A DNA stretch of 64,000 nt from an uncultured Clostridia bacterium. Its GTDB lineage: Bacteria; Bacillota; Clostridia; Christensenellales; CAG-917. This document shows, piece after piece, positions 20,952 through 31,453 of the stretch. The position numbers and the translations under genes are program-made. A model generated the notes under the pieces. It did not search any database. It was not told the origin of the DNA and saw only the letters and a program-made list of their open reading frames with translations. The stretch's first letter is position 1, and every line of letters begins with the position of its first letter. The DNA is taken from positions 24,504 through 88,503 of the forward strand of contig CALVKR010000004.1 of NCBI GenBank assembly GCA_944332995.1. The letters run 5' to 3'.

Positions 20952-22994
20952 TTAATCCGCCGAATCCATGGATTCGAGCCTGATTTGCTTTTTCTCCTCT
21001 TTAGTAAGTTTTTTGCCGGATTGAATCTGCATACTGTCGCCGTATCTGACGAAGAACATTATGACGATTGCTATCACGACGCATATTGCCGAGTATAAAA
21101 ACAGGAATCTCTTTCCTACGTAGTCCATGACAAGACCTGCGATAAACGGAGTTATTGCCTGCGCCGACATGGTGGCGGTGTAATAAAAGCCGGTATACTT
21201 TCCGCAATCTTCCGCTTTGGCAAGCTCGACTACCATCGGGAAAGTGTTGACGTTTGCGATAATCAATCCGAATCCCGCTATGAGGTAGAACAGCGCAAAC
21301 AATGCGGCAGGTATAAGCTGATTGGTGTTTGCCTGCACGGCTGCGAATATCAGCACGAACGATACGACGGCAAGTCCGAATCCTATCATTATAGATTTCT
21401 TTCTGCCTATCTTTGCCGCAAGATATCCCACCGGGATAAACGCTATAGCACTGACGCCCATGGAAACGCCCGATATAATAGAAGCCACCGACGCTTTAAG
21501 ATTTAGGGCCTTTACACAGTAAATGGAAAGGTTTGACGACACGGCGTTATATCCCATAAACCACATAAATATCGAAGCGAGTATCAAAAGGAAGGACACA
21601 AATTTTGCTTTTTCAAGTTTCTTTTTTCTTTCCTCGGGCGACAAGTCCTTGTATTTCTCATTGAACTTGCGCTCCATTTTTTCGGTAAAGCTGAGTCTTT
21701 TTTTGCCGCCCTTGGCAAGCTCTTGTTCCACCTTTTCGCCCTCTACGGAAACATCGGTGGGGAGCGTCGCCGCTTTTTCCGATTCGCTTTCAAACTCAAC
21801 GATTTCCTCTTCTATCTTTTTGAGGTCGTTGGCTTCCTCGTCGGCGTCGGTTATATGGAATTCCTCGCATATCTCCTCACAGCGCTTGACCATCTTACGC
21901 TCGTTGACGAGCAATATAAAGCAGACTAAAAGCGCTATCATACCGCACGCCACTGCGCCGAATATAATTGCAAACGAATTAAGGCTTTCAAAGATAAGCG
22001 CAATCGTATAAATCAAAAACGCTATCGCACTGCCTATACCGCCCATAAGATTTATCATGGCGTTGCCTTGAGAACGCAACGGCTTAGGCGTTACGTCGGG
22101 CATGAGCGCCACCGCCGGAGAACGGAATGTCGCCATGGCGACAAGCGTGAACAACAGCATGACCATATACAGCGATATACTCGTTATGCCTGCCTGCGAT
22201 TGAAGCATATCCTCGTTTACCCTTTCGCTTATCCAGGTATTCATACCCGATTTAACGCAAAGGTCGTAGCGGTCGTTCATTTCCTTTATATCGCTAACTT
22301 TTACCGTTTCGCCCTTATCGGTTGTGACGGTATCGGAAAGGGAAACTTCCGCTCCTTTATAAAAATACTCGGTGCCGCCAATTCCCAAAAAGCCGCTCTT
22401 TGCAACGAGATTGCTGTCGTATCTTATGGCTTTATAATCCGCTTCCGAAAGACCTAAAGTGTTTTCGATGTATTCTTTGTCGTAATCGTAAGCGGTATTG
22501 CCGTAAAACTGATTTAATCTTTCCGACATAAAAGCGTCGTCGTTTAACATTTGCTCGTAGCTTGTCCTTATGACGTCCGCACGCTGAAGCTGTTTGTGAG
22601 CGGTTATGGGGACAAAAATCATAAATACCACCGCCGCAATCGTGCCGAACACGATAAAGGGCGTTCTTCTTCCCCACTTCTGAACAAGTTTACCTTTTGC
22701 CTTATCGGAAATTCTGCCGAAAACGGGAAGCAAGAACAAACTTAAAAGATTGTCAAGACCCATTATCAATCCGCGCAGGGTATTGGAAAGACCGAAAGCG
22801 TTTTCCAACAAAAGAGGCACGACGAAATCGTAGGCGGTCCAGAAAATCATAATGATGGCAAAAGCGAATCCTACTTTTATCGTTTGAGGATAATCGAGTT
22901 TCAGCTTCTTTTCCTGTCCCTGCCCCGAATCCGAAGGCATACCGGCGTCCTGCGTGATATCCGATTCGACGTTAGTCAAATCATTTTCCCCCAT
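20952..22994 (-). CDS. MFS/GPH-type sugar (oligosaccharide):cation symporter with large soluble insertions
   Basis: About 12 hydrophobic segments and a GPH-like motif GRISDK..WGRRTPFIVFG. A ~140-aa insert follows the fourth helix and there is a ~100-aa charged central loop. Last gene of the glycogen/maltodextrin cluster. Confidence 0.6.
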   Translation of the reverse strand: MGENDLTNVESDITQDAGMPSDSGQGQEKKLKLDYPQTIKVGFAFAIIMIFWTAYDFVVPLLLENAFGLSNTLRGLIMGLDNLLSLFLLPVFGRISDKAKGKLVQKWGRRTPFIVFGTIAAVVFMIFVPITAHKQLQRADVIRTSYEQMLNDDAFMSERLNQFYGNTAYDYDKEYIENTLGLSEADYKAIRYDSNLVAKSGFLGIGGTEYFYKGAEVSLSDTVTTDKGETVKVSDIKEMNDRYDLCVKSGMNTWISERVNEDMLQSQAGITSISLYMVMLLFTLVAMATFRSPAVALMPDVTPKPLRSQGNAMINLMGGIGSAIAFLIYTIALIFESLNSFAIIFGAVACGMIALLVCFILLVNERKMVKRCEEICEEFHITDADEEANDLKKIEEEIVEFESESEKAATLPTDVSVEGEKVEQELAKGGKKRLSFTEKMERKFNEKYKDLSPEERKKKLEKAKFVSFLLILASIFMWFMGYNAVSSNLSIYCVKALNLKASVASIISGVSMGVSAIAFIPVGYLAAKIGRKKSIMIGFGLAVVSFVLIFAAVQANTNQLIPAALFALFYLIAGFGLIIANVNTFPMVVELAKAEDCGKYTGFYYTATMSAQAITPFIAGLVMDYVGKRFLFLYSAICVVIAIVIMFFVRYGDSMQIQSGKKLTKEEKKQIRLESMDSAD

Positions 22995-23092
22995 AAATTC
23001 TCCTTCTCATAAATGCTTAATACTATATCCGTTTTGCCGTTTTCAAAGACGGAAAGGCTTATAAACGGTAAAACAAATATTATATATTAAAT

Positions 23093-23121
23093 ATTTTACT
23101 ACAAAAAAAACGTATTGTAAA
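23093..23121 (-). promoter_or_regulatory. Candidate promoter for the transporter gene
   Basis: Reverse strand TTTACA (23116-23121) - 17 nt - TAAAAT (23093-23098). Confidence 0.35.
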
Positions 23122-23158
23122 TACTCAATTCTCTGCTAAATGCCCTGAGCGCAAAAAA

Positions 23159-23197
23159 GAAAAGCAATTATTACGTAAAAAATAATAATTGCTTTTC
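23159..23197 (-). terminator. Intrinsic terminator after the GH13 gene
   Basis: Perfect 15-bp inverted repeat gaaaagcaattatta / taataattgcttttc with a 9-nt loop and T6 on the reverse strand. Confidence 0.75.
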
Positions 23198-23253
23198 CGA
23201 TTTTATATTATTTTGTTTTTGCCATTATTCGCCGGGCTTTAAGCTCGGTGCCT

Positions 23254-25056
23254 TCATTCCTTTTTCAAAACCGCAAATCCGTAAGGCTCCACCGTTATCT
23301 TGCCGTGGCAGGTGCGGTCGTCGAGCATATTTATAGCGTCGAAATCAAACTGTCTCGTGATAGAATTCGGCGTGTTGTTGACAAAGATATCCGCTCTTTT
23401 TTTGCCGTTCACCCTGACGATATGCACTATTTCCTCGTCGCCGTCGAAATAGGTTTCACCGAGCATTTCCTCTTTGAGCATGCTGCGGATATGCCCGAGC
23501 TTTGTGTAAAAATCGAGAATTTCTTTATCTTCAAAACCCCACGGATAAGTCTTTCTGTTCATGGGGTCTTCATATCCCGTAAGCCCTGCCTCGTCGCCGT
23601 AATAGACGCAAGGATTGCCGGGCAGGAAATAGAGAAGCGAAAGCGCAACCTTAAGCCTCAATTTTGCCCTGTCCAAAAACTCGCCTCTTATTTTTATTTC
23701 CAGCCTCTCTTTTTTGGTGGTGCCGTCGATGGGATATTCGGCAAGCGTGTTTAAAACTCTTACCGTATCGTGTGAATCGAGCATATTGAGAAGCACGTCA
23801 AGCGACTGCTTGGGATAATTCTGCATAATTTTCGACAGCGAGCCTTTTAGTTTTTTTACGTTGCCCCTCATGGCGAATTCGAGTATTGCCTCTTTAAACG
23901 GATAATTCATGACGCCGTCAAGCTGCTCGCCCATAAAATATGGGCGCCACTGACTGTAAGCCACCTTGGTGGAAGCGTCCTCCCATACTTCACCTATTAT
24001 AAGACAGTCGGAATCTATTTTTTTGACGCAGGAGCGAATTTGATTGACAAAATCGATGGGAAGCTCGTCGACGACGTCAAGTCGCCAGCCTTTGACTCCG
24101 AGGCTTGTCCACTTGTCGAAAACGCCGCCCTTTCCGAAAATCATTTTGCGGTAGCTTTCGCTGGATTTATTGACGGTGGGCACCACTGTACTTCCCCACC
24201 AACAGTGATAGCTGTCGGGAAAATCGTAAAAATAATACCAATCGTAATAGGGCGACTCTTTGCTCTGATAAGCTCCGAGCGTGGGGTAACGCCCCTTTTT
24301 ATTGAAATATATGCTGTCCGAGCCGGTATGATTGAACACGCCGTCCAGCATAATATACATTCCCCTGTCTTTAGCCTGTTTTATAAGCTCTTTAAACTCC
24401 TGCTCGCTTCCGAAAAGCGGGTCGATTTTGAAATAATCGGCAGTATCGTAGCGGTGATTTGAAAAAGACTCGAACACGGGCGAAAGATAAATTATCGTAA
24501 CTCCGAGGCTTTTGAGATAGTCGAGCTTTGAAATTATTCCCTTTATATTTCCGCCGAAAAAGTCGTCGGCTCGGTATTCCTCGCCCTGATTTGCCACGAC
24601 GGGATTTTCATACCAATCTTTATGGAGCGTGCCGTCCTTATCGAAAGGATTATCCCCAACCTTGCAGAATCTGTCGGCAAAAATGTGATAGATAATCCCT
24701 GCCTTCGCCCATTCGGGAGTTTTATAATCGATTTTGGAAACGGTGAGCTGCCATTCGGGAAGCCATTCGCCGCAGACGGCAACGCCGTCCTCGCCCTGCC
24801 CGAAATAGAGTATTCCGCCGTCGGTATCCGCCTCGAAACGGTAATACCATATGCCGTATTCTGAAATTTTAAAGTTCAGGAAAAAGACGCCGTCCTGCGT
24901 TTTGCTCATCTCATATGCATAACTGCGGTCGTCTTTTCTTAAAATAAAACGAACCCTCTTGACCCTGAAATCCGAGTCAAGAGGAAATTCGATATAGTTT
25001 TCTTTACCGACTACGGTAGCGCCGTAGGGTTTTTTGTGAATTAAAGGATTGAACAT
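23254..25056 (-). CDS. Cytoplasmic GH13 alpha-glucosidase / neopullulanase-type amylase
   Basis: GH13 conserved regions DGVFNHTG, GWRLDVVDE, IGEVWED and LDSHDT. No signal peptide. The start lies 1 nt after the glgP stop. Confidence 0.85.
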   Translation of the reverse strand: MFNPLIHKKPYGATVVGKENYIEFPLDSDFRVKRVRFILRKDDRSYAYEMSKTQDGVFFLNFKISEYGIWYYRFEADTDGGILYFGQGEDGVAVCGEWLPEWQLTVSKIDYKTPEWAKAGIIYHIFADRFCKVGDNPFDKDGTLHKDWYENPVVANQGEEYRADDFFGGNIKGIISKLDYLKSLGVTIIYLSPVFESFSNHRYDTADYFKIDPLFGSEQEFKELIKQAKDRGMYIMLDGVFNHTGSDSIYFNKKGRYPTLGAYQSKESPYYDWYYFYDFPDSYHCWWGSTVVPTVNKSSESYRKMIFGKGGVFDKWTSLGVKGWRLDVVDELPIDFVNQIRSCVKKIDSDCLIIGEVWEDASTKVAYSQWRPYFMGEQLDGVMNYPFKEAILEFAMRGNVKKLKGSLSKIMQNYPKQSLDVLLNMLDSHDTVRVLNTLAEYPIDGTTKKERLEIKIRGEFLDRAKLRLKVALSLLYFLPGNPCVYYGDEAGLTGYEDPMNRKTYPWGFEDKEILDFYTKLGHIRSMLKEEMLGETYFDGDEEIVHIVRVNGKKRADIFVNNTPNSITRQFDFDAINMLDDRTCHGKITVEPYGFAVLKKE

Positions 25057-25057
25057 T

Positions 25058-27475
25058 TTATACTATTGTCTTAAGCTGCCAAATTCTGTCCGCATATTCT
25101 TTTACCGCTCTGTCGGAAGCGAAGAAGCCTGCCTTTGCGATATTTACAAGGCTCATTCTGTTCCATCTTTCCGTATCGCGATAGGCATCGTTGATTTTTG
25201 CCTGAGCCGCCTTATAGCTGTCAAAGTCGGCAAGACACATATACGTATCGCCGCCCGTGACGAGAGAATCGGCTATTTCGCCAAACTGAACGTCGGCAAT
25301 GCCCGCACGAAGAGAATCGATGACTCTCTTGAGCGAAGGATTGTTTTGATAATATGCGCTCGGATTATAACCGTTACGGTAAAGCTCTTGCACCTGCTCG
25401 GTTAAAAGTCCGAAAAGGAAGATATTTTCGTCGCCGACTTCTTCGTGAATTTCAACGTTGGCTCCGTCGAGCGTGCCGATAGTGACCGCACCGTTTATCA
25501 TAAACTTCATGTTGCCGGTACCCGAAGCTTCTTTGCCGGCAAGAGATATCTGCTCGGACACCTCGGACGCAGGCATGATGATTTCCGCAAGCGAAACGCT
25601 GTAATTTTCGAGGAACACCACTTTTATTCTGCCGTTGATATCCGGGTCGTTGTTGACCATTTTACCTATCATACAAATAAGGCGAATAATCTGTTTTGCC
25701 ATATAATATGCGCTTGCCGCTTTTGCCGCAAATATAAACGTCCTTGGCTTAATGTCAAGCGACGGATTCTCCTTTAACCTGTAATAGAGGTCGAGAATGT
25801 GAAGCGCATTTAAAAGCTGGCGCTTGTATTCGTGCAAACGCTTGACCTGCACGTCGAATATAGAATCGGGATCGACGACGACGTTGTTTTTTGCCTGAAT
25901 ATATTTTGCAAGTCTTTCCTTGTTCTGACGCTTGACGGCGGCAAGACGTGAAAGCACCTGTTTGTCGCCTTTATACTTCAACAGATTTTCGAGCGCCTCG
26001 GGGTTTTTCATCCACTTGTCGCCGATAAGGTCGCAGACAAGTTTTGAAAGCGCGGGGTTTGCCTCGGTCACCCATCTGCGGTGCGTTATGCCGTTGGTGA
26101 CGTTGGTAAACTTTTCGGGGTGCATACGGTAATAATCGTTGAACACGTCGTCTTTTAAAATCTCGCTGTGGAGTTTTGAAACGCCGTTTACGGTATGCGA
26201 AGTGGCAAGACAGAGGTTTGCCATTTTAACCTGTCCGTTGGACAAAATGGCGTTTTTGGAAACCTTGTCCCAATCGTTGGGATAAAACTCCCAAAGTTCT
26301 TTGCAGAAGCGCTGATTTATCTCTCCCACTATTTGGAATATACGGGGAAGCAGATTTTCAAACAAGCTCTGCGGCCAAGTCTCGAGAGCCTCCGCCATGA
26401 CGGTGTGATTTGTATAGGATATCGTTTCCTGACAAATCTGCCACGCCTTTTCCCAACCGTAACCGTAAACGTCCAAAAGTATACGCATAAGTTCGGGAAT
26501 GCAAAGCGTCGGGTGCGTATCGTTGATATGGATAGCGACGCAATCGCCGAGATTGTCAAGCGTGGGGTTTGTCCTTAAATGACGCTTTATAATGCTCTGT
26601 ATCGAAGCGGATACAAAGAAATATTGCTGTTTGAGTCTGAGAGATTTTCCTTCATAGTTGTCGTCGGCAGGATACAAAACTTTGGAAATGGATTCCGCCA
26701 TTGCCTTTGCCGCCGTCGCCTTGACGTATTCGCCTCTCGAGAACATCGTCATATCGAAGTCGATAGGCGCCTTTGCCGACCAAAGTCTCAATTTGTTGAC
26801 CGCCGAAGTGGCATAGCCGGACACGTTCATATCGTAAGGAACGGCAAGAACGGTCATAGGATTTTTAAGGTGAACCTTTAAGTTTCCGTCCTCCCAGATC
26901 TGCTCGACGGTGCCGCCGAAATTGACTTCATATACGTCCTGCATACGGGGATTGAGCCATACGCTGCCGCCTTTTAGCCAATCGTCCGGTTGCTCGAGCT
27001 GCCAGCCGTCTACTATTATCTGTTTGAAAATGCCGTAATCGTATAAAATCGAAAAACCGCTTGCCGCATAGCCCAGAGAAGTGAGCGAATCCATATAAGC
27101 GGCGGCAAGTCTGCCTAGACCGCCGTTTCCGAGACCTGCGTCCGGTTCGAGTTCGTATATCTCGTTCATGTCGAAGCCGAGCGATTTTACCGCCGTTTCA
27201 ACCTCGCTTATAATGCCCATATTGAAAATGTGATTTTTGAGCGAGCGTCCGAGCAAAAATTCCATTGACATATAGTAAATGATTTTGCTGTTCTTTTCTC
27301 TGACCGTCTTTTTAAAATTAGATCTTGCCTGAGTGAGTTTTTCTCTTACGACTATACATACTGCCTGATAAATTTGTTGTTTAGTCGCTTCATCCTGTTT
27401 AAGTCCGAAATACCTTGCGAGGGTAGAAACAATTTCTTTTTCAAAGTCTTTGCTAGTAGTCTTAAAAGTGTCCAT
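25058..27475 (-). CDS. glgP: Alpha-glucan (glycogen/maltodextrin) phosphorylase
   Basis: 805 aa, GT35 family. PLP-lysine motif EASGTGNMKFMINGA. Confidence 0.93.
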   Translation of the reverse strand: MDTFKTTSKDFEKEIVSTLARYFGLKQDEATKQQIYQAVCIVVREKLTQARSNFKKTVREKNSKIIYYMSMEFLLGRSLKNHIFNMGIISEVETAVKSLGFDMNEIYELEPDAGLGNGGLGRLAAAYMDSLTSLGYAASGFSILYDYGIFKQIIVDGWQLEQPDDWLKGGSVWLNPRMQDVYEVNFGGTVEQIWEDGNLKVHLKNPMTVLAVPYDMNVSGYATSAVNKLRLWSAKAPIDFDMTMFSRGEYVKATAAKAMAESISKVLYPADDNYEGKSLRLKQQYFFVSASIQSIIKRHLRTNPTLDNLGDCVAIHINDTHPTLCIPELMRILLDVYGYGWEKAWQICQETISYTNHTVMAEALETWPQSLFENLLPRIFQIVGEINQRFCKELWEFYPNDWDKVSKNAILSNGQVKMANLCLATSHTVNGVSKLHSEILKDDVFNDYYRMHPEKFTNVTNGITHRRWVTEANPALSKLVCDLIGDKWMKNPEALENLLKYKGDKQVLSRLAAVKRQNKERLAKYIQAKNNVVVDPDSIFDVQVKRLHEYKRQLLNALHILDLYYRLKENPSLDIKPRTFIFAAKAASAYYMAKQIIRLICMIGKMVNNDPDINGRIKVVFLENYSVSLAEIIMPASEVSEQISLAGKEASGTGNMKFMINGAVTIGTLDGANVEIHEEVGDENIFLFGLLTEQVQELYRNGYNPSAYYQNNPSLKRVIDSLRAGIADVQFGEIADSLVTGGDTYMCLADFDSYKAAQAKINDAYRDTERWNRMSLVNIAKAGFFASDRAVKEYADRIWQLKTIV

Positions 27476-27706
27476 TTATACCTTCCTTTTTATGTAACGC
27501 CATAGAGCGTAGAATTGAGTAACATTCGAGCATCGAACGCCATGCCGTCCGCCCGGCAGATACTTTCGTCAATCAGGCAAACGCCAACGGCGCAGATAAA
27601 GATAATCCCCCTAAAACAAAACCGCTATTTCACTTTGTGCTTTAAAGGACAACCGCCATAAAATACAGCGGTCGTAAAGGACGGACGGCAAAAAGCCGAG
27701 CCGTGA

Positions 27707-29125
27707 TTATTTAATATCTTTATAAATTTCGATATATTTTTTGGCGGATTTTTCCCAGCTGAAATCCTCGTTCATGGCGTTGGTGATGACCTTTTGCCAT
27801 TTTTCCTGATCCTGATACGTTCCGAACGCACGCCACACGGCGTCGAGCATATCGTAGGAGTTGTAAGTTTTAAAGGTAAATCCGCTTCCCTTTTCGCCGT
27901 CGAAAGGAGCCACGCTGTCTTTAAGACCGCCCGTTTCTCTGACGATGGGGATAGAGCCGTAACGCATTGCTATCATTTGCGAAAGTCCGCACGGCTCGAA
28001 TTTAGACGGCATCAAAAACATATCGCTGCCTGCGTATATCTTGGAAGCGATGTCGCTTGAAAAACCGATGACCGCCTTGAGTTTTTTGGGATACCTGCCC
28101 TCGAGCGAACGGAACATTTCCTCATATTTCCAATCGCCCTTGCCGAGCACGATAAACTGAAGATTTGCCGAAAGAATTTCCTCTATAACGGCGGCGACGA
28201 GGTCAAGACCTTTTTGTTCGGTCAGACGGGTTACCATACCGATGACGGGTTTTTCGGGATCGAACGGAAGGTCGAGCATTTCAAGCAGACCTTTTTTGTT
28301 TTCCACCCTGTCGGCAAGCGACTTGACGTCATAATTTTTAAACAGAGCCTTGTCCGTTTTGGGGTCGTATAAAACGGTGTCTATGCCGTTGATGACTCCC
28401 CTCATCTTAAACTTGCGGTTGCCCAGAATCGGGTCAAGACCGAAAGAGTAGAACGGATGCATCAACTCCTCGGCGTACGTTTCGCTGACGGTGGTAACTC
28501 TCGCAGCCGATTCGATACCGCCTTTCATATAGTTTACGCAGTCGCTGTCCTCAACGAGAGATTCCGCACCGTAAGGCAAGCCGAGAATATCGTAGATGAG
28601 GTTTTTGTTGTATTTGCCCTGAAATTCTATATTGTGAATGGTGAATACCGTTTTGATTTTCTGATATTCCTTTGAATAGCGATAGAAGCAATCGAGGAAT
28701 ACGGGAATGAGTGCCGTTTGCCAATCGTTGGCGTGAATGATATCGGGGACGAAATCCATGATGGGCATAGATTCCAAAACGGCTTTTGAAAAGAACGCGA
28801 ATCTTTCACCGTCGTCGAAATCTCCGTAAAGACCGGGACGCTTGAAATAATACTCGTTGTCGATAAAATAATATGTAATGCCGTCGTAAACCGCTTTGAA
28901 TACGCCGCAGTATTGCCTACGCCAGCTGAGGTCCACGAAAGTGGAGCCCTCGTATGACATAAGATTTTGATATTGAGAAGGAATAATCTGCTTATAATAA
29001 GGTATGACCACCCTTACGTCGTGCCCTAAAGCCTTAAACGCTTTGGGCAATGCTGCTGCGACGTCTCCGAGACCGCCCGTCCTTGCGAACGGACCCGCTT
29101 CAGATGCGACAAACAAAATTTTCAT
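27707..29125 (-). CDS. glgA: Glycogen synthase (ADP-glucose type)
   Basis: N-terminus MKILFVASEAGPFARTGGLGDV. 472 aa. Confidence 0.93.
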   Translation of the reverse strand: MKILFVASEAGPFARTGGLGDVAAALPKAFKALGHDVRVVIPYYKQIIPSQYQNLMSYEGSTFVDLSWRRQYCGVFKAVYDGITYYFIDNEYYFKRPGLYGDFDDGERFAFFSKAVLESMPIMDFVPDIIHANDWQTALIPVFLDCFYRYSKEYQKIKTVFTIHNIEFQGKYNKNLIYDILGLPYGAESLVEDSDCVNYMKGGIESAARVTTVSETYAEELMHPFYSFGLDPILGNRKFKMRGVINGIDTVLYDPKTDKALFKNYDVKSLADRVENKKGLLEMLDLPFDPEKPVIGMVTRLTEQKGLDLVAAVIEEILSANLQFIVLGKGDWKYEEMFRSLEGRYPKKLKAVIGFSSDIASKIYAGSDMFLMPSKFEPCGLSQMIAMRYGSIPIVRETGGLKDSVAPFDGEKGSGFTFKTYNSYDMLDAVWRAFGTYQDQEKWQKVITNAMNEDFSWEKSAKKYIEIYKDIK

Positions 29126-29137
29126 AATTTCTCCTTT

Positions 29138-30253
29138 TTATACTACCCTGCCTTTGACTATGACGATAGGATAGTTTTCCGAACCGGACAGCTCCCTGCC
29201 CGTCTGAACGATAACCTTTTTATCTGAAATTATATAATTGAGTTTAGCGTTTTCCATAATGATACCGCTTTCCATGATAATCGAGTTTTTGATGACTGCG
29301 CCCTTTTGCACTTTGACGCTACGGAAAAGAATGGAGTTTTCGACAGTTCCGTCAATCTCGCAGCCGTCGGCTATCATACTGTTTTTGACAACCGCTCCGT
29401 CCATATACTTTGTGGGGACGCTGTCTTTGACCTTTGTCAAAATCGTCGAGTGTCCGAAGAATAGATCCTCTCTGATTTTCGGGTCAAGCAAATCCATGCT
29501 GTGCTTATAGTAAGCGTGTATCCTGTCTATGACGGCAACGTAGTTTTTGACCTGATAGCTCATTATGTAGAGGTTGTCGAGTTCCTTTTGAAGAATTTCT
29601 CTTTCAAAATCGTATGCGCCGTGAGCGTAGGCGTTGTCGATAAGGGATATGAGAAGGTCCTTTTTGATAAAGTAGATATTGAGGTTGGCAAGCTGCTCTT
29701 CGGGGTCGCTTGCTATGGGATAACGGATATCCGTTATTCTGTCGTTTTTATCGACGCTGACAACGTGTTTTCTCGGATTTATTTCCGTGGTTTTATAGGT
29801 AAGCACGGTGATATCCGCTCCCTTTTCAAGGTGGAATTGTTCGACGTCCTCGAAGTCGATATTGAAAGCGATGTTGCTGTTGGTGATGACGACGTATTCC
29901 TCTTTATTGTTTAGCATAAAGTTTCTGAGGGAATAGAGCGCCTCTATCTTGCCTTTATAAATATCGTGCGAGCTGTTTAAAACGAAGGGCGGAAAAACTG
30001 CAATTCCGCTGTTTTTTCTGTTGAGGTTCCAGTCACGTCCCATACGGATATGATCCATGAGCGAACTGTAATTGTTTTTCGCAACGATACCTATCGTCGT
30101 AATGTTTGCCTCGACAAAGTTTGAAAGAACAAAGTCGATGAGCCTGTATCTGCCTGCGAACGGCAAGGACGCCGTCGTTCTGTTTAAAGTAAGGTCGTTC
30201 AAATGGCTTTCGCTGTCCGACGCAAAAATAACTCCTAAAGTATTGTTTTTCAT
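29138..30253 (-). CDS. glgD: Glucose-1-phosphate adenylyltransferase regulatory subunit
   Basis: 371 aa GlgC paralogue lacking the GGxGxRL loop. Sits between glgC and glgA, as in Bacillus and Clostridia. Confidence 0.85.
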   Translation of the reverse strand: MKNNTLGVIFASDSESHLNDLTLNRTTASLPFAGRYRLIDFVLSNFVEANITTIGIVAKNNYSSLMDHIRMGRDWNLNRKNSGIAVFPPFVLNSSHDIYKGKIEALYSLRNFMLNNKEEYVVITNSNIAFNIDFEDVEQFHLEKGADITVLTYKTTEINPRKHVVSVDKNDRITDIRYPIASDPEEQLANLNIYFIKKDLLISLIDNAYAHGAYDFEREILQKELDNLYIMSYQVKNYVAVIDRIHAYYKHSMDLLDPKIREDLFFGHSTILTKVKDSVPTKYMDGAVVKNSMIADGCEIDGTVENSILFRSVKVQKGAVIKNSIIMESGIIMENAKLNYIISDKKVIVQTGRELSGSENYPIVIVKGRVV

Positions 30254-30255
30254 AA

Positions 30256-31452
30256 TCAGCCTCCTATCATTTGGTTGGCGGGAACAACGGTGCCTGCCTT
30301 AACCTTGTAATCCGGAGCGATAACGCTTATCTTCCAATCTCCGGGCTTTGACGGAGGTTGAGTTTCTCCGACTTTTGCGTTTTTACCTACGACGGCGTTC
30401 CAACCCACGATGGAATAGCGAACGTCTGCGCCTTCTTCTATGACGGCGTTGGGCATTATTATCGAGCCTTCGACGTAGGCATTTTTACCTATTGTGACGG
30501 AGCCGAACAAAACGGAATTTTTGACCGTTCCGTAAATCATGGCGCCTTCGGTGACAAGCGACGTTTTCACTTCTGCGGAATCGGAAATATAGTGCGGCGG
30601 CTGAGCGGTGTTACGGCAGTATATCTTCCACTTCTCGTCCTCGAGGTTGAGTCCGCCGTTGCCGTGAAGAATATCCATATTCGCTTCCCAAAGAGAGGAA
30701 ATGGTTCCTACGTCCTTCCAATAGCCGTCGAATTGATACGCTATCATCTTTTGATTGTCGGCAAGCATTTTCGGGATTATGTTTTTACCGAAATCGTTTT
30801 CCGACGTCTTATCCGCTTCGTCCTCGATGAGGTATTTGCGGAGTTTTTCCCAGGTGAAGATATATATACCCATAGAAGCCTTTGTGCTCTTGGGCTGCTT
30901 GGGCTTTTCTTCAAATTCGTAAATCTCGCCCTTTTCGTTGAGATTCATAATTCCGAAACGAGACGCTTCTTCGATAGGCACGTCGAGCACCGCTATCGTG
31001 CAATCGGCGTGTTGCTTTTTGTGCACGTCGAGCATGGCGGCGTAATCCATTTTATAAATGTGGTCGCCTGAAAGAAGCACTACGTATTCGGGATTGTATC
31101 TGTCGATAAAGTCGATATTCTGGAAAATGGCGTTGGCAGTGCCCTTATACCATTCGCCCGACTTGGCTCTCATGAAAGGAGGCAAAACGTATATACCGCC
31201 GTTGAGCCTGTCAAGGTCCCACGGCTGTCCGTTTCCTATGTATTGGTGAAGTTCAAACGGACGATATTGCGTCAAGACGCCTATGGTGTCTATACCCGAA
31301 TTCACGCAGTTTGATAGCGGAAAGTCGATGATGCGATATTTTGCACCAAACGGCACCGCAGGTTTTGCAACATCATTTGTTAAAACTCCAAGTCTTGTGC
31401 CCTGTCCGCCTGCGAGTAGCATGGCAAGACACTCCTTTTTCACAAGATTCAT
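30256..31452 (-). CDS. glgC: Glucose-1-phosphate adenylyltransferase
   Basis: [16 protein letters not shown] loop. ATG 31452 is preferred over 31473 because a GGAGGA RBS lies between the two. Confidence 0.92.
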   Translation of the reverse strand: MNLVKKECLAMLLAGGQGTRLGVLTNDVAKPAVPFGAKYRIIDFPLSNCVNSGIDTIGVLTQYRPFELHQYIGNGQPWDLDRLNGGIYVLPPFMRAKSGEWYKGTANAIFQNIDFIDRYNPEYVVLLSGDHIYKMDYAAMLDVHKKQHADCTIAVLDVPIEEASRFGIMNLNEKGEIYEFEEKPKQPKSTKASMGIYIFTWEKLRKYLIEDEADKTSENDFGKNIIPKMLADNQKMIAYQFDGYWKDVGTISSLWEANMDILHGNGGLNLEDEKWKIYCRNTAQPPHYISDSAEVKTSLVTEGAMIYGTVKNSVLFGSVTIGKNAYVEGSIIMPNAVIEEGADVRYSIVGWNAVVGKNAKVGETQPPSKPGDWKISVIAPDYKVKAGTVVPANQMIGG

Positions 31453-31453
31453 A

